Source: Lama guanicoe
Lineage: Eukaryota
Direction of reading: 5' to 3'
Length of the DNA stretch: 64,000 bases
Assembly (NCBI GenBank): GCA_013239625.1
Contig: MU054323.1
Span: 12,879,950-12,943,949, forward strand
Position 1 is the first letter of the stretch; the number at the start of each line of letters is the position of its first letter. The notes below the pieces were generated by a model. That model made no database searches. It was given only the letters and a program-made list of their open reading frames with translations, and was not told the DNA's origin. This document shows, piece after piece, positions 39,301 to 54,004 of this stretch. A program made the position numbers and the translations under genes.

Positions 39301-41239
39301 GCTGTTGCCTCAATTTTGAAGAAATGAATTAAAGGGTGGTTATATTTCCATTTTTATTTGGCTTTATTTTCAAACTTAATTTAATTATTCTTTGTGGATT
39401 CACAAGTATTTCTGAAGATATTAAATCCACATTACGTCGAGATCATGAAATGCTTCTGTTCCTCTTGGATGACAGTCTATATAAATAAAGCACTGTTTGT
39501 TCTGTCACTCTCTTTGGAAAATAATGTTGTGTTCGTGATTAGGACTGATTGTGTTAAAACTCAGTAGAGACCTTTTTGGTTTAAATCTAAAGGCAGGGGA
39601 AATCCCTGACATACTTGTGGAATGAACTCATTGGGTTTTCTTGTAACCCTGATGATTTTGTATGTAGCAAGGCACTTGATACTCTGCATTGTCCTCCAGC
39701 CCATTAATCTGAAGAATTCTAGTTGCTTTCTCTCAGTGGTTCTTGCACATTGTTCCCCAGCTTCTTTTTGACGCTTTTTTTTAATCTTCCTGAAGCTCCA
39801 TGAATAGGTTTTTGTGTAAAAGTGAGGTTATAAAGTCAGAGGTAAATCATTCTTTATTCTTGCCTTTTTACTCTTTGCTTTCTTTGCTGCTCTGGACATA
39901 GCTCATTTTTGACTCATGAGATTTTACTTCAGGGGCAGTTATTACTGCTCCTCTCAAAAGAATCTATCTGTGGCTTAAAATGACCCTTTAAACTATCTTG
40001 TCTCCCCCTCTGCTATCACCAGGTTCTTCACTGAACAGCTTTTTTTGCTGTTTTGTCTGATTTCTTTAGGCATCATGTCCCTACGAGTCCCTAGGGAAGA
40101 TTTTCCATCTTCCTATATAACTGTCATGGTGCAGTATCACAACTGTTGTGGGCTTGATAAGTGAATCCAGAATTGAAGCTCCTTATAAAGAAGTCATACT
40201 TTCTGAAAAAGAATTTTATTGCAAAAATTTTTTGGCCAGGAAATTGTGATTGGAGGATGGGAGGACATACAGAAAAAGGGTACTCCTCCCAGCGTGGATC
40301 GCTGCCTGCTGAGTTCCTTTCAGATGGGATAACTTCCTCCTCACTCCCGTATGGATGGGAGACCTGGGGACCCTCAGTCCACCACTATCGAAGGCAGTTG
40401 CTGTCACATGATGAGGTGGACATAGGGAGTGGGGTAGAGAAAGGAAAAAAGAAGGGAAAAAAAAATCCCATAGAAGCAACTTATGGCTGAATTTGAAAAA
40501 GTGTTAAAGCAAGGGTACTTTCATTTATAACTATAAACGAGGGTGGGCCAAAGGATAAAGGAATCAGTACACTCCATGACAACTTTAGGTAAATTGTTTA
40601 ACATGGAGAGTAAAAACCTAAACTGCAGTCAGTTGGTTGTTATGAAAAGACTGAAAGGACTTAATTGTGAAGTTGTTTTGATTGGTACTGTAGGAGTATT
40701 AGAGATTGAGTAAATGACTTGTGTGTTCAGTGACTTGTGGGGAAAGTTACTGATGATACAGGCACACTTATTTTAAGTGCTTAAGGGGTGACTCTCAGAG
40801 CAATGGCCTATGTCAGCCAGAAGAACCCTCACCAGCCCCTCTAAAATTTGCCTGGAAGTCAGTAGAGAAGAAGGGTCTTGATGAAACACTGAGGCTCAGC
40901 AGGGAAAGGGAGGTAGACCTTGTAGTCTGAAGTTAGCAAATTCAAAATGGCTACTAGAAAGGGAGATTGATAGCATACCTTTGAAAGAGGTTACTGTAAT
41001 TGTCCAGTCAAACATTTATGATCTATAAGGGAGCTATAGTGTTTGTCCAACCAGTAGAGTAAAGCATTAAGAATCTTTTTGGTGGCTGAGATGTTTAACT
41101 TTGAGAATAGGCTACTTGAAGTTATATTGATATCCTTGTCACTATCAAGTTTTTAATAGTCTTTTCTATTTTCTTAAGTGGCTTGGATAAGGCAAGGATT
41201 CTGTGATGGTTTGGTAAGCCTTATCTGCCTAGCCTAGTT

Positions 41240-43280
41240 TTAATTTTTATTGATTTATTTGACTTTTCTGGTTTTAACTCATTTTACATAATATGTTCAT
41301 GGTATTCTCTTAGGATTTTTAAAAAATTACTAATCTTATTTGTGCCATTTTTATAAATTCTAAATGGAATTTAGTTAGACATTTGTCTGTCTTTTGGTTT
41401 TCTTGATCCTTTCTATTCTTTCTTTATATGTTTATTTCATATCTCTAGTCTTTTTTTCTTTTCTAGGTTTATTTGGTTTTCTTCTACCAAATTAAGTTGA
41501 ATGTTTTAACTCATTTATTTTCCATCCTTCATATATTATAGTCAATACATATAAAATCATAAATTTCTCTCTAAATACTGTTTCACCTGTATCCTGCAGA
41601 TGGTGATATATGGTGCTTTCATTAAATTCTAAATATTTTGTACTTTTTAATGAGTTTCTCCCCTGCTCCCTGACTGTGCATTTTTCTTTTTTTTTTTTTT
41701 TTTAGAAGTGCATTTTTAAATTTGCAAACGTATTTTTTAAACTGTCTACTTACTATTGATTTCTTATTTAATTGCAGGGAATATGGTCTATATACTTTTA
41801 GTTTTACCTTTTTAAAACACAACTCATAATATTTTTTGTTGTCAATAATTATTTAAATTTACTGACACACTTCATCAATTTCTGTTCTCACCATTGATCA
41901 TTTTTTGTATCTCTTTTCTTCTCTTTGAAGTCCCTTTTATTTTTGCAATAGGAGATCTTTTAATAGTTCATTTAAGTTAGGGTCAGTAGGTGGTAAACTT
42001 TCCTAGTCTTCGTACATCTTAAATATTTTGATTTTGCATTTACTCTAGAGTGGTAAATTTTGTTTTTGTTTTTGTTTATATTTTTTATTGAGTTATAGTC
42101 ATTTTGCAATGTTGTGTCAAATTCCAGTGTAGAGCACAATTTTTCAGTTATATATATATATATTCCTTGTCACATTTTTTTTGCTATGGTAAACAGTATG
42201 GAGATTCCTCAAAAGGCTAGGAATAGACTTAGCATATGACCCAGGAATCCCATTCCTAGGCATATATCCAGAAGGAACACTACTTCAGAATGACACCTGC
42301 ACCCCATGTTCATAGCAGCACTATTTACAATAGCCAAGACATGGAAACAGCCTAAATGTCGATAAACAGAACACTGGATAAAGAAGATGTGGTATATTTA
42401 TACAATGGAATACTATTCAGCCATAAAAACCGACAACATAACACCATTTGCAGCAACATGGATGTTCCTGGAGAATGTCATTCTAAGTGAAGTAAGCCAG
42501 AAAGAGAAAGAAAAATACCATATGAGATCGCTCATATGTGGAGTCTAAAATAAACAAAACATAAATACAAAACAGAAACAGACTCATAGATGTAGAATAT
42601 AAACTTGAGGTTGCCCAGGGGGCAGGGAGTGGGAAGGGACAGACTGGGATTTTAAAATGTAGAATAGATAAACAAGATTATACTGTAAATTTTGTTGATT
42701 ATAAAATTTGGGGCTGTCAGTTATCTCCCTTAACACTTCAAAGGTAGTATTATGTTGTCCCCTGCCATCTTTTGCTGCTAATGAAATATCTGCTGTTCTC
42801 TAATTGTCATTCTTTCGTAGGTTTTAGAATAATCTTTATGTTCTGCAATTTCATATACTGTGTCTAGGTTTCATGTAATGCTTGGTACACAAAATATACT
42901 TTTGATCATAGAATTTAGATGTTCATTCAGTTCTGGAAAATGCTCAACTATTATCTCTTTCAAACGTAACGTTCTGCCATTTTCTGCGTTTGTTTACTCT
43001 GGAATGTCTATCAAATGTGTGTTTGAACTTTACTTCTCATTCTTTCCTCTGTCTCTTGACTACTCTTTTTTTTTTTTAATCTGAATTTTGTGTGAATTGC
43101 TCACTCTTGTCTTCCAGTTCATCATACTCTTTCTTTGACTGTGTGTAATCTAGTTTTTGTCACCTGTTGAGATTTTTTGATTTGTTTGTTTCTTTCTTTT
43201 AATTCATGAATTTCCAGTTGGTTTTCATTCATATCTCCCTGTTCTTGTTTCATTTCTCCGTTTTTGTTTACCATTTCCTG
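41240..43280 (-). mobile_element. Old L1M (ORF1/ORF2 region), host of the young inverted L1
   Basis: Antisense ORF1-like sequence (aacacttcaaag...gctaatgaaatatctgctgttctctaattg; agttctggaaaatgctcaactattatctcttt) continues across the insert. Confidence 0.65.
42065..42684 (-). mobile_element. Young L1, 5'-truncated with 5' inversion and 12-bp TSD
   Basis: Antisense tail and 3' UTR at about 42065-42185 joined to a sense segment at about 42187-42687. TSD gtaaattttgtt at 42053-42064 and 42685-42696. Confidence 0.93.
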
Positions 43281-43372
43281 TTAGGGAACTTTGAGGTGGT
43301 TTGGGGTTGTATGGACTTCTGATTCTATTTACTAACGTGAGTGATTAAGGACTGACAGGAAGTCCACGTTAA

Positions 43373-43645
<273 letters not shown>

Positions 43646-44576
43646 TGAGTTGATACTAATACTTGATTATATGATATAAATTGTTTCCTTGACTATACAC
43701 AGGAAAATTTTGTTAAACATATGTAATATATAAAAAGAGTCAAATATTTTTAATTGCATATTAATTCTGGCATTCCAATCTCAAATATGTTTATGTAATC
43801 ATAGACTGAATATTACTGTGACTCAGTTATGAAAATCTGATATATGATTTACACATGTGTAGTTAGCTTGCAGAAACTAAATAGAAAGATGCTCATGTTG
43901 TTTATTAGTTTGATTCTCAATGTAATAGCTGGATTAAATCCCATACTCCTTTATTCAGTCATTGAACAATCATTTACTGCATACTTTCAGATTGCTTGAA
44001 TGATACAGAGTGAAGACTAACATTTTCTTTGCACTGTTGAATGAGATAGCCTTCATCTTGAGATGAAGTTCGGCCTGATTGACTCTTAACACAGTACAAA
44101 AATACTATATCTTTTCAGAAACCATGGGAGACTTGAACCCTCTATTTTTGTCATTCAATAGGATTAAGTGCAAAGACCTTGTGGGTTTAACTGTGGTTGA
44201 AGAGAATGTATGAAACAGGAGCTTATACAATGTCAGGGGGCTCAAAAATGTAATACTTTATTTGCAGTGGTGAATTTGGGATTATGAAAAAACAGAAATA
44301 ACATCTAACATATGATAATACCTCACTACTGTTATGACTTATTATATGTGTATTCCAGCTGTTTCAAAATTTACCCCATCTAGGCGTGTGTTTTCAGCCT
44401 CAGCCCTTGACCTTTATGCATGTTCTTGCATATCCAGTTGTATAATTGTCTTAAATTGCTTTAAAGCTCAGGTTCTGGGCAATTCACTTAAAGATCGGTG
44501 GCCTCCAGTAGAACCATATATCTACTTACAGGAGCTATGTTTGTTGACCCCTTCAATTCCTTTTATTTTTCTGGGT

Positions 44577-44596
44577 TGTGTGTGTGTGTGTGTGTG
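44577..44596. repeat. (TG)n microsatellite
   Basis: Direct inspection. Confidence 0.9.
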
Positions 44597-46193
44597 TCCT
44601 TTCTAACTGTTGTACATTGACCATCCATTATAGAGAGAAGGGACTTGAATTTTATAAACTAAAGATCAGCTAAAATGTGAATATTAAAACGTGAATGGAG
44701 GCGCAGCAGCATTTTGTATCCTAGAGCGGATAGGAACCCTGGCAAATCTGTTTGCACAGTGCCCTGGCAGTCCAGTACTTGTCCTGCTCACCACTGTGAC
44801 GGTTCTTTCTCTTCTGCGCTTAGCCCCTTGGCAAAGGGCACTGATGGGGCTCTGAACAGACCTCAGTATGTTGCCGAACCACTGAGGAAAGGCAGAGATT
44901 CCAAACTGCCTGCCTCTTGTTTACCTCAACTGTTATTTTTTAGAAGACCCTTCTTTACAAAGAAAACCTCATGAAGCCTGTTCTAAAATCTCAAGGAGAA
45001 TGTAAATAATTTCCATTGGTAGTATATTTCATTTTACACTTGAAATAAATTCTTTTTTTTCCCCTTTCACATTGAAGAAAATATGCATGAAACACTCAAA
45101 TCCAGCACCCCTCACTCACTCCAGCCTTCTTTAGAAATACAAACTGTCAGAGCAAGAGGGGACCTTAGAGGAGATCTGGAGATGAGGCTGAGTAAGCTGC
45201 ACATGGACCAGAAAGGTCCTGCCTGATGAGACCGGAACAGGTGATGCTCCAGGCCGTCCATCTGCTTCCTGTGCCGCTGGGGCTGCTGCCGCCGCCTCAG
45301 CTCTTCCTACGTTGTATTAGGGTTGGCTTACTCGGTCAGTCCCATCCCATTAGTCTTCTGTCGTCTGTCTCCACTTCCTAGCTGATCTTTTCTTTCTGAT
45401 GTGAGTGGGGTTTCCCTTCTAAATCTATATTTTGACCCATAGCAATCCTTCATAGCTGCTAAAGATTAGTAACAGTTGGCTAACCAGGCTGGCTCTTGGT
45501 ATCCTGAGGAAACCCTGATCATCCTTTTATGCTTGGTACCTGCAGGAGTTGGGTTTATATAAGGACTCCTAAGGGTGGGGTCTGGGCCCCTGGCCTTCCA
45601 TCAGAGGTAGACTTTGGTTGGGTCTAGTACAGAGGCATTGAAGGAAGAAGACATTTCTGTTTTATCTCTTTTATTCTCTTGTGCTTCCCAAGACACATAG
45701 AACAGGTCAAATAATAACTAACATTTAGTGAGGGCTTGCTATGTGCCAGATACTGTGCTGAGCAGTTGACACATATTAGCTAAGTTAATTGTCACCACAG
45801 CTCTGTGGGATAGACTTATGCTATCATAAGTTATGTCTCACTCCAGAATGTGTGTATCCATCTTCCCCCCTTATTTTTGATGAAATTAATAATATGAAAG
45901 AAGATAACTGTTCACAGTCTGTTTTGAAAAGCTGTTACCTCTACATCATAAAGAGTTACGAAGTCATCAAGATGTTGCTGATTTTAGTTGACTTAGACGG
46001 GTATATCAGGTATGCCGAATCGTCTTGCTAACTCATGTCTGAGAGGCACTTATTCCAAAAGAAAGACAAGACACAAATGAAACAGTTGCTTTACTGAAAA
46101 TGATGATTCAGGATAAAATAAGTTCAGCCTCGATCTTTCCAATCTCCTGCACTTCCAATAGCTGGAAATGTATTGGAGAATTTTACTACCCCT

Positions 46194-46253
46194 AATTTGA
46201 CACAACATTGTAAAATGATTATAAATCAGTAAAAAATGTTAAAAAAAAATAAT
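46194..46253 (+). mobile_element. 60-bp extreme 5'-truncated young L1 with 15-bp TSD
   Basis: aatttgacacaacattgtaaaatgattataaatcagtaaaaaatgtt plus A tail. TSD aattttactacccct (46179-46193) / aattttaccacccct (46254-46268). Confidence 0.92.
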
Positions 46254-48614
46254 AATTTTACCACCCCTGCCACCCACCCCAGATGTCTTATTCTCTCTCA
46301 GGATGAAAAAATTTCTTGCAAATGTTTAGAATAATACTACTGTGTATAAGTATCTGTAAACATATGGGGAGAGAGGTGACATGTAGAGTTAATATATTGG
46401 TAGGCACAGTTGTAAATATCAGGGAGATACTCTGGCAAAAATAACCTGAGTATAGTTAGTTGATTCTAAAGATAAGACTTTCAGTTGTTGACTTGGCATG
46501 CTGTCTACCAAATCAAATTCATTGGAATTATAAGAGCATTATAAGAACATATGCTTAAAAATCTTCTAGGAGCCTTCCCTAAGAAACAGTAAAGGAACTC
46601 AAATTAATGACATTTATTCCTGAGAGTTGTAGGCAATTCTCAGTGAATATAATTTAACAATTTTTAAGTAAAAATGTATTTTTCTTAAGGTTTTAATGAA
46701 GAAGTAAAAATGAAGCGAAGCTTAATGAATGTAAAGAATGATCTTGTAGCATGAGAGTATATTTTTTTCCAGTTTATCCAGCCTCAGTTCTGAAAGCGTA
46801 GAAATGAGCATTTTTCAGAAAAGGAAAAAAAAGTTAAAGAACAAGCAAATAAACAAATTTCTCCCAGCATAAATGGAGTTGCTTTCATTTAATTTTTATC
46901 TTAAATAGATTTTCCAAACATATTTTAGTGATCACTTTCAGTTTCTCACTCTTTCCAGCAAATCTAAGCATAAGTTTTCACTTAGCAAAATCATGTTCTT
47001 ATTCTCATTGAAAATTTTCTAGTCTTGTATCTGCTTAAGCAGAGTATTTAACTTATATCATTCTGAACTTAAGTGAAAATTTAATCATTTCCTACCTAGA
47101 GAAAATTATTAGGATTTAGTTTAAATTCATGGGCAGCTAATATTTTAATTTTTTTCCTGTAACTTTTCTTTTGTTCCTCAAACTCAGATAGTGAAACAAA
47201 CCTCCTTTTGTACAAAAGGATTTCATCTGAGCATGAATATTTCAATAAGTTTGAAATTAGTATCTATAAAAGTCCAGTACTTTTAGAAACAATCAAGTGT
47301 GGCATTTGGACTTCCCTCCCGCAGCACCCCTGTCACCACGGGAGCCCTAAGAACCATTCCTGTTAGGAAGAATACTGCTTATAGACTAACTACGCACTTC
47401 AGTAAGCATAAAGTGCTATAAAGGTGTCAGACATTATGACTGTTTGCTTAATTTTTATATTTGGATTTGAGGAAATATTACTGAGAACATAAGGACTGGA
47501 TAACCCGTGACTTGCTGAGGTCAAGTGATCATTTTTAGCACCTTGTAATAAAGAACTTTCTCGTAGTCAGATGGAGAATTAGCCACAGTGAGATAATTCG
47601 TGAGTTTATAAAAGACACTGTTAATAGCTCTCTCTGGAAGGGTCCTGAAGTGTCTGGCAGGTGTGGGTGGAATCGCCCCATAGCGGTTAAGTCCTCCCTG
47701 AAGGAAGGCCTTGATGGCCAGTGCGGGCTCAGTCATATTTAGCTTTGTGGCACACTTGTGACTGTCGTCATGTTTTCTTACCACTAGTCAGCGTGGACTG
47801 AGACAATTGATAGATTGTCTGCAATATTTTTATCTTGGCTAAAAAAATTTTACTTAATTTGACTCTGCAAGTTTGGCAACAGGTGTCTGTCAGAAAAACT
47901 CTGATATTCTTATGTTTGACACTACCTGACCTCATTCTATTTTAATTTGCTTTAAAATTCTCTTTTTATCTATTCTTTTTCTACTTCATTATGGATGTGA
48001 TTACTGCCATTTAAATTTTTTTCTATTGTGTGTATTTGTAAATATGAAAATTCATACTCATTTTAATACAGACATGGGGTAAATTAACTATAAATTATTG
48101 TTTTTGTTTTTCTTACTATTTGTAATTAGAGAATGAATGAATATACTACGTTTATCTTTTCCTGCCTTTTCTCTGTCCTAATTTTGACTATTGCATAGAT
48201 TAGTATAATTCAAGAATGCTTTTTTATAATAGATTTTTATATTCATGTCTGGATTATATATATATTTTATTAATCTGTCATAAAACTGATTTTCATGTTT
48301 CTGTGTAATTAGTCCCTGTTCAATTTTCTAGTTTTCTACTATTGTTAATAATGCCATGAATATCTTTATTGACAACACCTTGGATATATTTATGCTTCTT
48401 TTTCAAGATAAATTCTATTTTTTATTTTCTTTTTTCTTGTCTCTTTTCTTACTTTTTTCTTTTTCTTTTTTTGTTCTTATCCCTCTCCCTTCCCACTCCC
48501 CTTCCACCTCTTCTTTCTTCTTCTTTGATAACTTGGTAATCATTTTGGGAAAAGAATCTATATATTGCGTTATTACACCCCATTTGCTATTTATAAATGG
48601 AAGAAGGGAAGGGG

Positions 48615-48805
48615 ATTAACATATATTGAGTGCACACTATGTTCTTGGCATTTAACATGGGTTATCTTTTATAGGGCTTATAGTATTTGAGGTGAGCACC
48701 AAATATTCCTCATTTTACAGTGTATGAATATGAGACCAAAAGAGGTTATAGAACTTGGCCAGCCATGGAGCTAGTAGGAACTGAAGACAGGAGTCACATT
48801 TAGGC
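48615..48805 (-). mobile_element. MIR
   Basis: taacatatattgagtgcacactatg...cctcattttacag...gaggttatagaacttggcc. Confidence 0.7.
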
Positions 48806-48914
48806 ATGCCTGTCTTGTGTGTGTGTGTGATGCCTTGAAGTCTGTGGCAAGATTTATTAAAAAGCACATTTCCCCATCATATTAATGTGCCTGTGAACTA
48901 TATCTAACAAAGGT

Positions 48915-49200
48915 TTTTTCTCAACTTGGGGTATAAGTTACGTATAATAAAATGCACAGATCTTAAGTGTGAGTTTGATGTGTTTTGACCATTATGTATT
49001 CTTGTGTAACCACTTCCCAGAACAGAGATGGAACATTTTCATCACCACAGAAGGTTCCATTATACCCCTTTCCAGTCAATTGAACCACCACCCTTTCCCC
49101 TCAACCAGGCAACTGCGTTTGGATTTCTGTCACCACAGTTGAATTTTGCTTTCTCTAGAGTGTCGTATAAATAGAACCATACACGATGTATTCTTTTCTA
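48915..49200 (-). mobile_element. Old L1M 3' end
   Basis: taataaaatgcacagatcttaagtgt...gaacattttcatcaccacagaaggttcc. Confidence 0.8.
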
Positions 49201-50229
49201 TGGATGTTGTTCTTTGTGTGGATTTCTGCTCGGGAAGGAGGGAGGTGGTGTTGATGTGCGGCAGGGCAGGTTGCCAAGCGGATTGAAGTCCTGGAGCGAG
49301 TAGTGGCTGAGATCACCTGAGAGAAGAGAACGGAGGGGAAGGTTCTATTTTATACAAATTATATATCTGTAAAACAGATACCGTCTCCATTTGACTGCTG
49401 AAGTGGCTGGGGCTCAGCCGGGGAACTAAGAAAGCTGACGTTTCACAGCTAACAAGTGGTGAAGCCAAGTCTGAAGTCTGGCCTTTTTCACCTAAAGCTC
49501 ATACATGCCTTCTCCACACGACAAGATTTTTTTTTTCTTTTCTGCTGAAGGAGTGAAAAAAGACAATGTTAAACCGCCTACCCCTCTGTAATAATTGAGA
49601 TTTGGGAAGCCAAGGGTTAGGGTTATCAGACCAGGAAACAGAGCAAGTTCTTTAGGGCGCTCCAAGGAGGGCAGGAAGTTAGCCAAGCCAGGGAGGCGGG
49701 AAATGGCTTCATTCCTGGCCTCCAGCCCTCCTGGAAGTTTGTGTAACTGGACCTGGGGCAATCCTATTCCTTCCTGCTTTCGAGACCTCCAGGATTCAAA
49801 GGGCCAACGCCTTGTGCTTTCAGCCAAGATTTTGGCGAGATTTGGCCCAGGACTTCAAGGGTAGCGCTGGGAAGGAGGATGGTCACGCTTTTCTCTTTGT
49901 GGAGCTTCTCTGGAGTTTGTAGTAAATCACTGCTCCTCCACATGAGCACTCGTCTGCTCTCTTCAGGGGCTGGTGGTTGTTCCTCTCAGTACGCTCTGCT
50001 TGCCGCATCTCTCAAGAATGGTCCATGATGGAAGTGAGAAAATGCTTAGGAAAGAGAATGAAACAAAAGTGCTACATCACCAACATGAATTAATGTGGGT
50101 CAGGAATTCCAGAGTCATTACAGGGAGTCGGTGGTGTGGCACTGGTTTAGGTAGCGTGTAAGGGACTGCAGGGCTGTTTACACTGATTAGAATGAGATCC
50201 CTCTAAACATCCAGGCTCAGAATATATAC

Positions 50230-51110
50230 TTCGATTATTTTATGATACACCAAATGAATTCCAAATGGCCTAAATATATGCTAAATATTTTTTCGTCTCC
50301 TAGAACAATTAGGAATACAAGTGGGTACTTACCAAATTTCCTGCACTTTAAAGCAAGAAAAGAAAACCTGAAAGAATTTTTATGATTTCTTGAAAAAAAT
50401 ATGTGACAGGATATTTGTAACAAATAGTAAAGATAAAAAGCTAATAATAACCTTATTATATAAAGAGTTAACATCTGCTACAGGAATGAAATGGGACAGG
50501 ATAGAGGATTCAGAAACAGACTCAAGTAAGTATGAGAATTCAGTTCATGATAAGGATGGCATTTTAAATCTGTGGAATAAAAATAAAATATCCAATATGT
50601 ATTGAAATAGTTGGCCAAGCACTTGGGGCTCAAAATGAAAGTTCTGCTTCACTCCTTAGACCAAAATAAATGCTAAAGGATAAAATACTTAAATTGAAAT
50701 GCCTTGGGAAGCAGGATTACGCTATAGGTAAGAGCAGAGATTCTTGGGTTAGACAGCCAGGGCTTACAGGTTCCCTTTGCCGATCACTAGCTGTATGATC
50801 TGTGGCAAGTTACTAACCACTTCGTTCTTCAGCTTCATGAAACAGGAATGGCATTAAGGATTGTCATGGAAGTTATGCACATGAAGGGCAGGGCGTGGAA
50901 CCTGGCACATACAAGTGCTGTTTCAGTGTAGCTGCCACCATCATCGTCGTCGTCACTATTACTGAAAAAGTAGAACCATGGAAGCACTTAAAAGAAAGTA
51001 TGGTGAATATTTTTATAAGCTTGAGGGTAGAGAAAACATTTTTAATCATGACACAAAAACCAAACTCCATAAAGGAAAAGCTGGAGAGATTTGAATTGGA
51101 AACCTCTATG
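50230..51110 (+). mobile_element. Fragmented old L1M ORF2 pieces, interrupted by a MIR at about 50720-50925
   Basis: atggcacaggatagag-like, cagaaacagactcaagtaagtatgagaattcagttcatgataaggatggc and cactccttagaccaaaataaat segments. Confidence 0.55.
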
Positions 51111-51284
51111 TATGAGGAAAGGGTGATGTCTGACCAGTGAGTGGGGGCTGGATGTCACCATCTGAGCAGGGACAGGCTGTGATGTGACAGCCAAAACTGG
51201 AAGAGGGTTAGTAAAGCCAGGGAAGTGCCCCTGGGGAACGTCTATCTCCATGTTCTCAGTGTTGCCTTGGTCTTTCCACATCAG

Positions 51285-51694
51285 ACTAGATTTGTTTCCT
51301 GGGGCCACTAGAGCAAATTACTACAAACTTGGTGTCTTCAAACAGCAGAGATCTATTCTCTTCAAGTTCTGGAAGCTAGAAGTCTTAAAGTCAAGGTGTT
51401 GCATGGGCCGTCCCTATAAAAGTGCCCAGGAAGACTCCTTCCTTGCCCTGTCCAGCCTCTAGGGGCCCTGGCCGTCCCTGCCTCCCTCTTCACCTGCTTC
51501 TCCTCCTTCCCTGTGTCTCTGTGTCTTACCGCCTTTTCTTGCAAGAGATTAATCATGGGATTTAGGGCCCGTCCTAATCTAGTATAACTCCGGCTTAACT
51601 AATATTTTCTGCCAAGACCCTGTTTTTAAATAAGGTCATATTCTGAGGCTCTGTTTGGAAATGAACTTGAGAGGACATTATTCAATCTACCACA
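51285..51694. mobile_element. MLT1 (C-type) solo LTR
   Basis: tttcctggggccact...aaattactacaaacttggtg...aagttctggaagctagaagtc...aaataaggtcatattctgagg...attcaatctaccaca. Confidence 0.88.
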
Positions 51695-53804
51695 ACCATC
51701 ACGCTTCTTTTCAGGGAGAAGGTGGTGGCTTTGAGAACAGTGGGGTCGGTAAAGGTGAGGAAGTGTATCCAACACACACCTCACTGGTAGCTTTGGTGGA
51801 AGTAAAGACATGGGCAGAGGTACTCCTGAGAGAGGGCCGGAGAGACCTCGGCTCATCACGTGAAGGTCTTGCCTTTAACAAAGAATACCAGAGATTTGAA
51901 CATCTGGAAGTAACAGAAGAGATAGTAAGAATAGGGAGGGAGTTGATAGAAAACTAATAAAGCTTTTCAAAGGAGGCACTTAGTCATATGCAGTACTGAG
52001 AGATAAGACCGGAATCCTTAGAGATAAGGCCATGATGGATGAATTAGGATTTAAGAAGAATCTAGTATTGGGCTTCAGAAGATTGTGAGATTACCTGAAA
52101 TATCATGAGAAAAATTTGTGTATGTGGTTATGTACCTCTTCATGGCAGAGGGTTCATAACTCTCATTAGATCCACAAGGGTATCCAGAACCCCAAGGAAG
52201 AAACCACAGACTAGACAGAGTGATCTTTGGAGTGGAGTGGTACAACTAGTTATCAGATAAAAGAGGCAAGTGGGCCTTTCCTTACAATCACCATGGATTC
52301 AAATTTACCTGTATAAGTGTGCATGTATCATTTCTCTAATTTTTGAAAGTTCTCAGTGTTTCCAAACTGTGCATAAATAACGTGTGCACACTCACCCCCA
52401 CTCCCCGTGCCCACCCTGATTCTCCGTGTTCTCTAGGGCCCACTCCTCTTCCCACAGGGTCTCCACTTCTACTCCTCCCGTCCTGTTTGGAACCCAAGTC
52501 CTTAAGCTTTTCTCTGCCAGTCTGCTGAACGTGCTGTTGTCAAGGTCTGAGTTGCCACATCCAGGGGACAGCTGTCAGTCTTGGGTTTCTCATTCTGTCA
52601 CACTTCACACAGTTGGTCTCTCCTTCCATCTTGAAGCTCGTTCTTCTGTTGGCTTCCAGAATTTCACACTTCTTCTGCTACCAGTTCCAGCTTCCTCGTG
52701 TCCTTTGCAGGATCAATCTCACCTTTCCTTCCCTGTGAGAGCGACTGCTGGCTCAGTCCTCACACTGTTTTTCTTCCCCAGTTATACTGCTACCCCGGGG
52801 ATGTCAGCATTCCTTTGGTTTTCCCCTCTCATCTTCCTGAGAATATGTATTACGAAAACAAGTTGAAAGAATCCCTTTAACTCTTTTCACATAGATTCTT
52901 CGATTTGTTTATTTCATTATGGTTGCACTTTCCAGATGTCTTAATTTGTCCCTGTTGACTCGTACTCCTCTGGGGATATTGGCTCTTTGACGGGTAATGT
53001 GCTTGGTCGGGGGGATAAAGCAAGCCCAGGACCAACTTGTGCCCCTCCTGGTGAGTTTGGACCATGAGGGGAACTCTCCTCTTGGAAACACTTGGCCACT
53101 GCCTGCTCCCACCACCACCTAGTGTCCTGGCTCCTCAGGACAGCTCCCTTAGCTCTCCAGGCACTGTCTTCCTGAGTCATCGTCCACCCTCAGCAGCTGG
53201 GGGGCTCTGGGGCCTGTTGCTCTCTGCTTCCCACCCCGGCGAGGCCCCTGCCCTGCTGTGCCTGCACAGCTCTTGGCTGGCACTGCTGTGTTTCAGTCTT
53301 TCCACGCTGTTGGCAAGTGGCACGTGGAGTAATGTGTAGAAGATAGCAAGCACAACCGAAAAGCTCTTCTCAGCCCACCTGCGAACCTCGGCTCCTTGTA
53401 CTGTTCTACCCTGGGCTGCTCTTCTGCACCAGACCAGGACCTAACCAGTCTCTGTCTCCCCAGGATTTCCCACGTGTTTGCTGTTACTTTCTCAGATTCA
53501 TCGACTTTCTCTTTTTTCAAGCATTGTGCAAAGTTGGTGTTGGGAAGAGGCAAGCAATGTGTTAGTGCGTCAGCCTGTGGCCTGTGTGATCTCCATCATG
53601 AAGATGAACAGTAAAACTGTTTTCACGTTGGACAAAAATGAGCTCCACTGAATTAAGAAAAAATTTAAATGTCTTAAAAAGGAACTATATTTACTCAACA
53701 AACACTTGGAAAGAGATTTAAATTCACTAATAAAAAAAGTAAAATTCAGAATAATAGCCACATGTATATTTAGTGGAACAAAATAACAAAGATTTTTTAA
53801 AAAT

Positions 53805-53826
53805 ACACACACACACACACACACAC
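53805..53826. repeat. (CA)n microsatellite
   Basis: Direct inspection. Confidence 0.9.
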
Positions 53827-54004
53827 CCCCCCTACAGAAACCTGTCTGATCTCAGTTGATTCAAGATTTGGCAAAGAAACTGTAATGAAATGATCAAAGT
53901 TACTGGCATACATATTTCACAAAAGAGCAGATCTTTCTAATGTGAAAGAATTATTAGAAAGGAAGGAACAACAGAGGAGTAAGGAGCTGTGCTTTATAAT
54001 TTAA

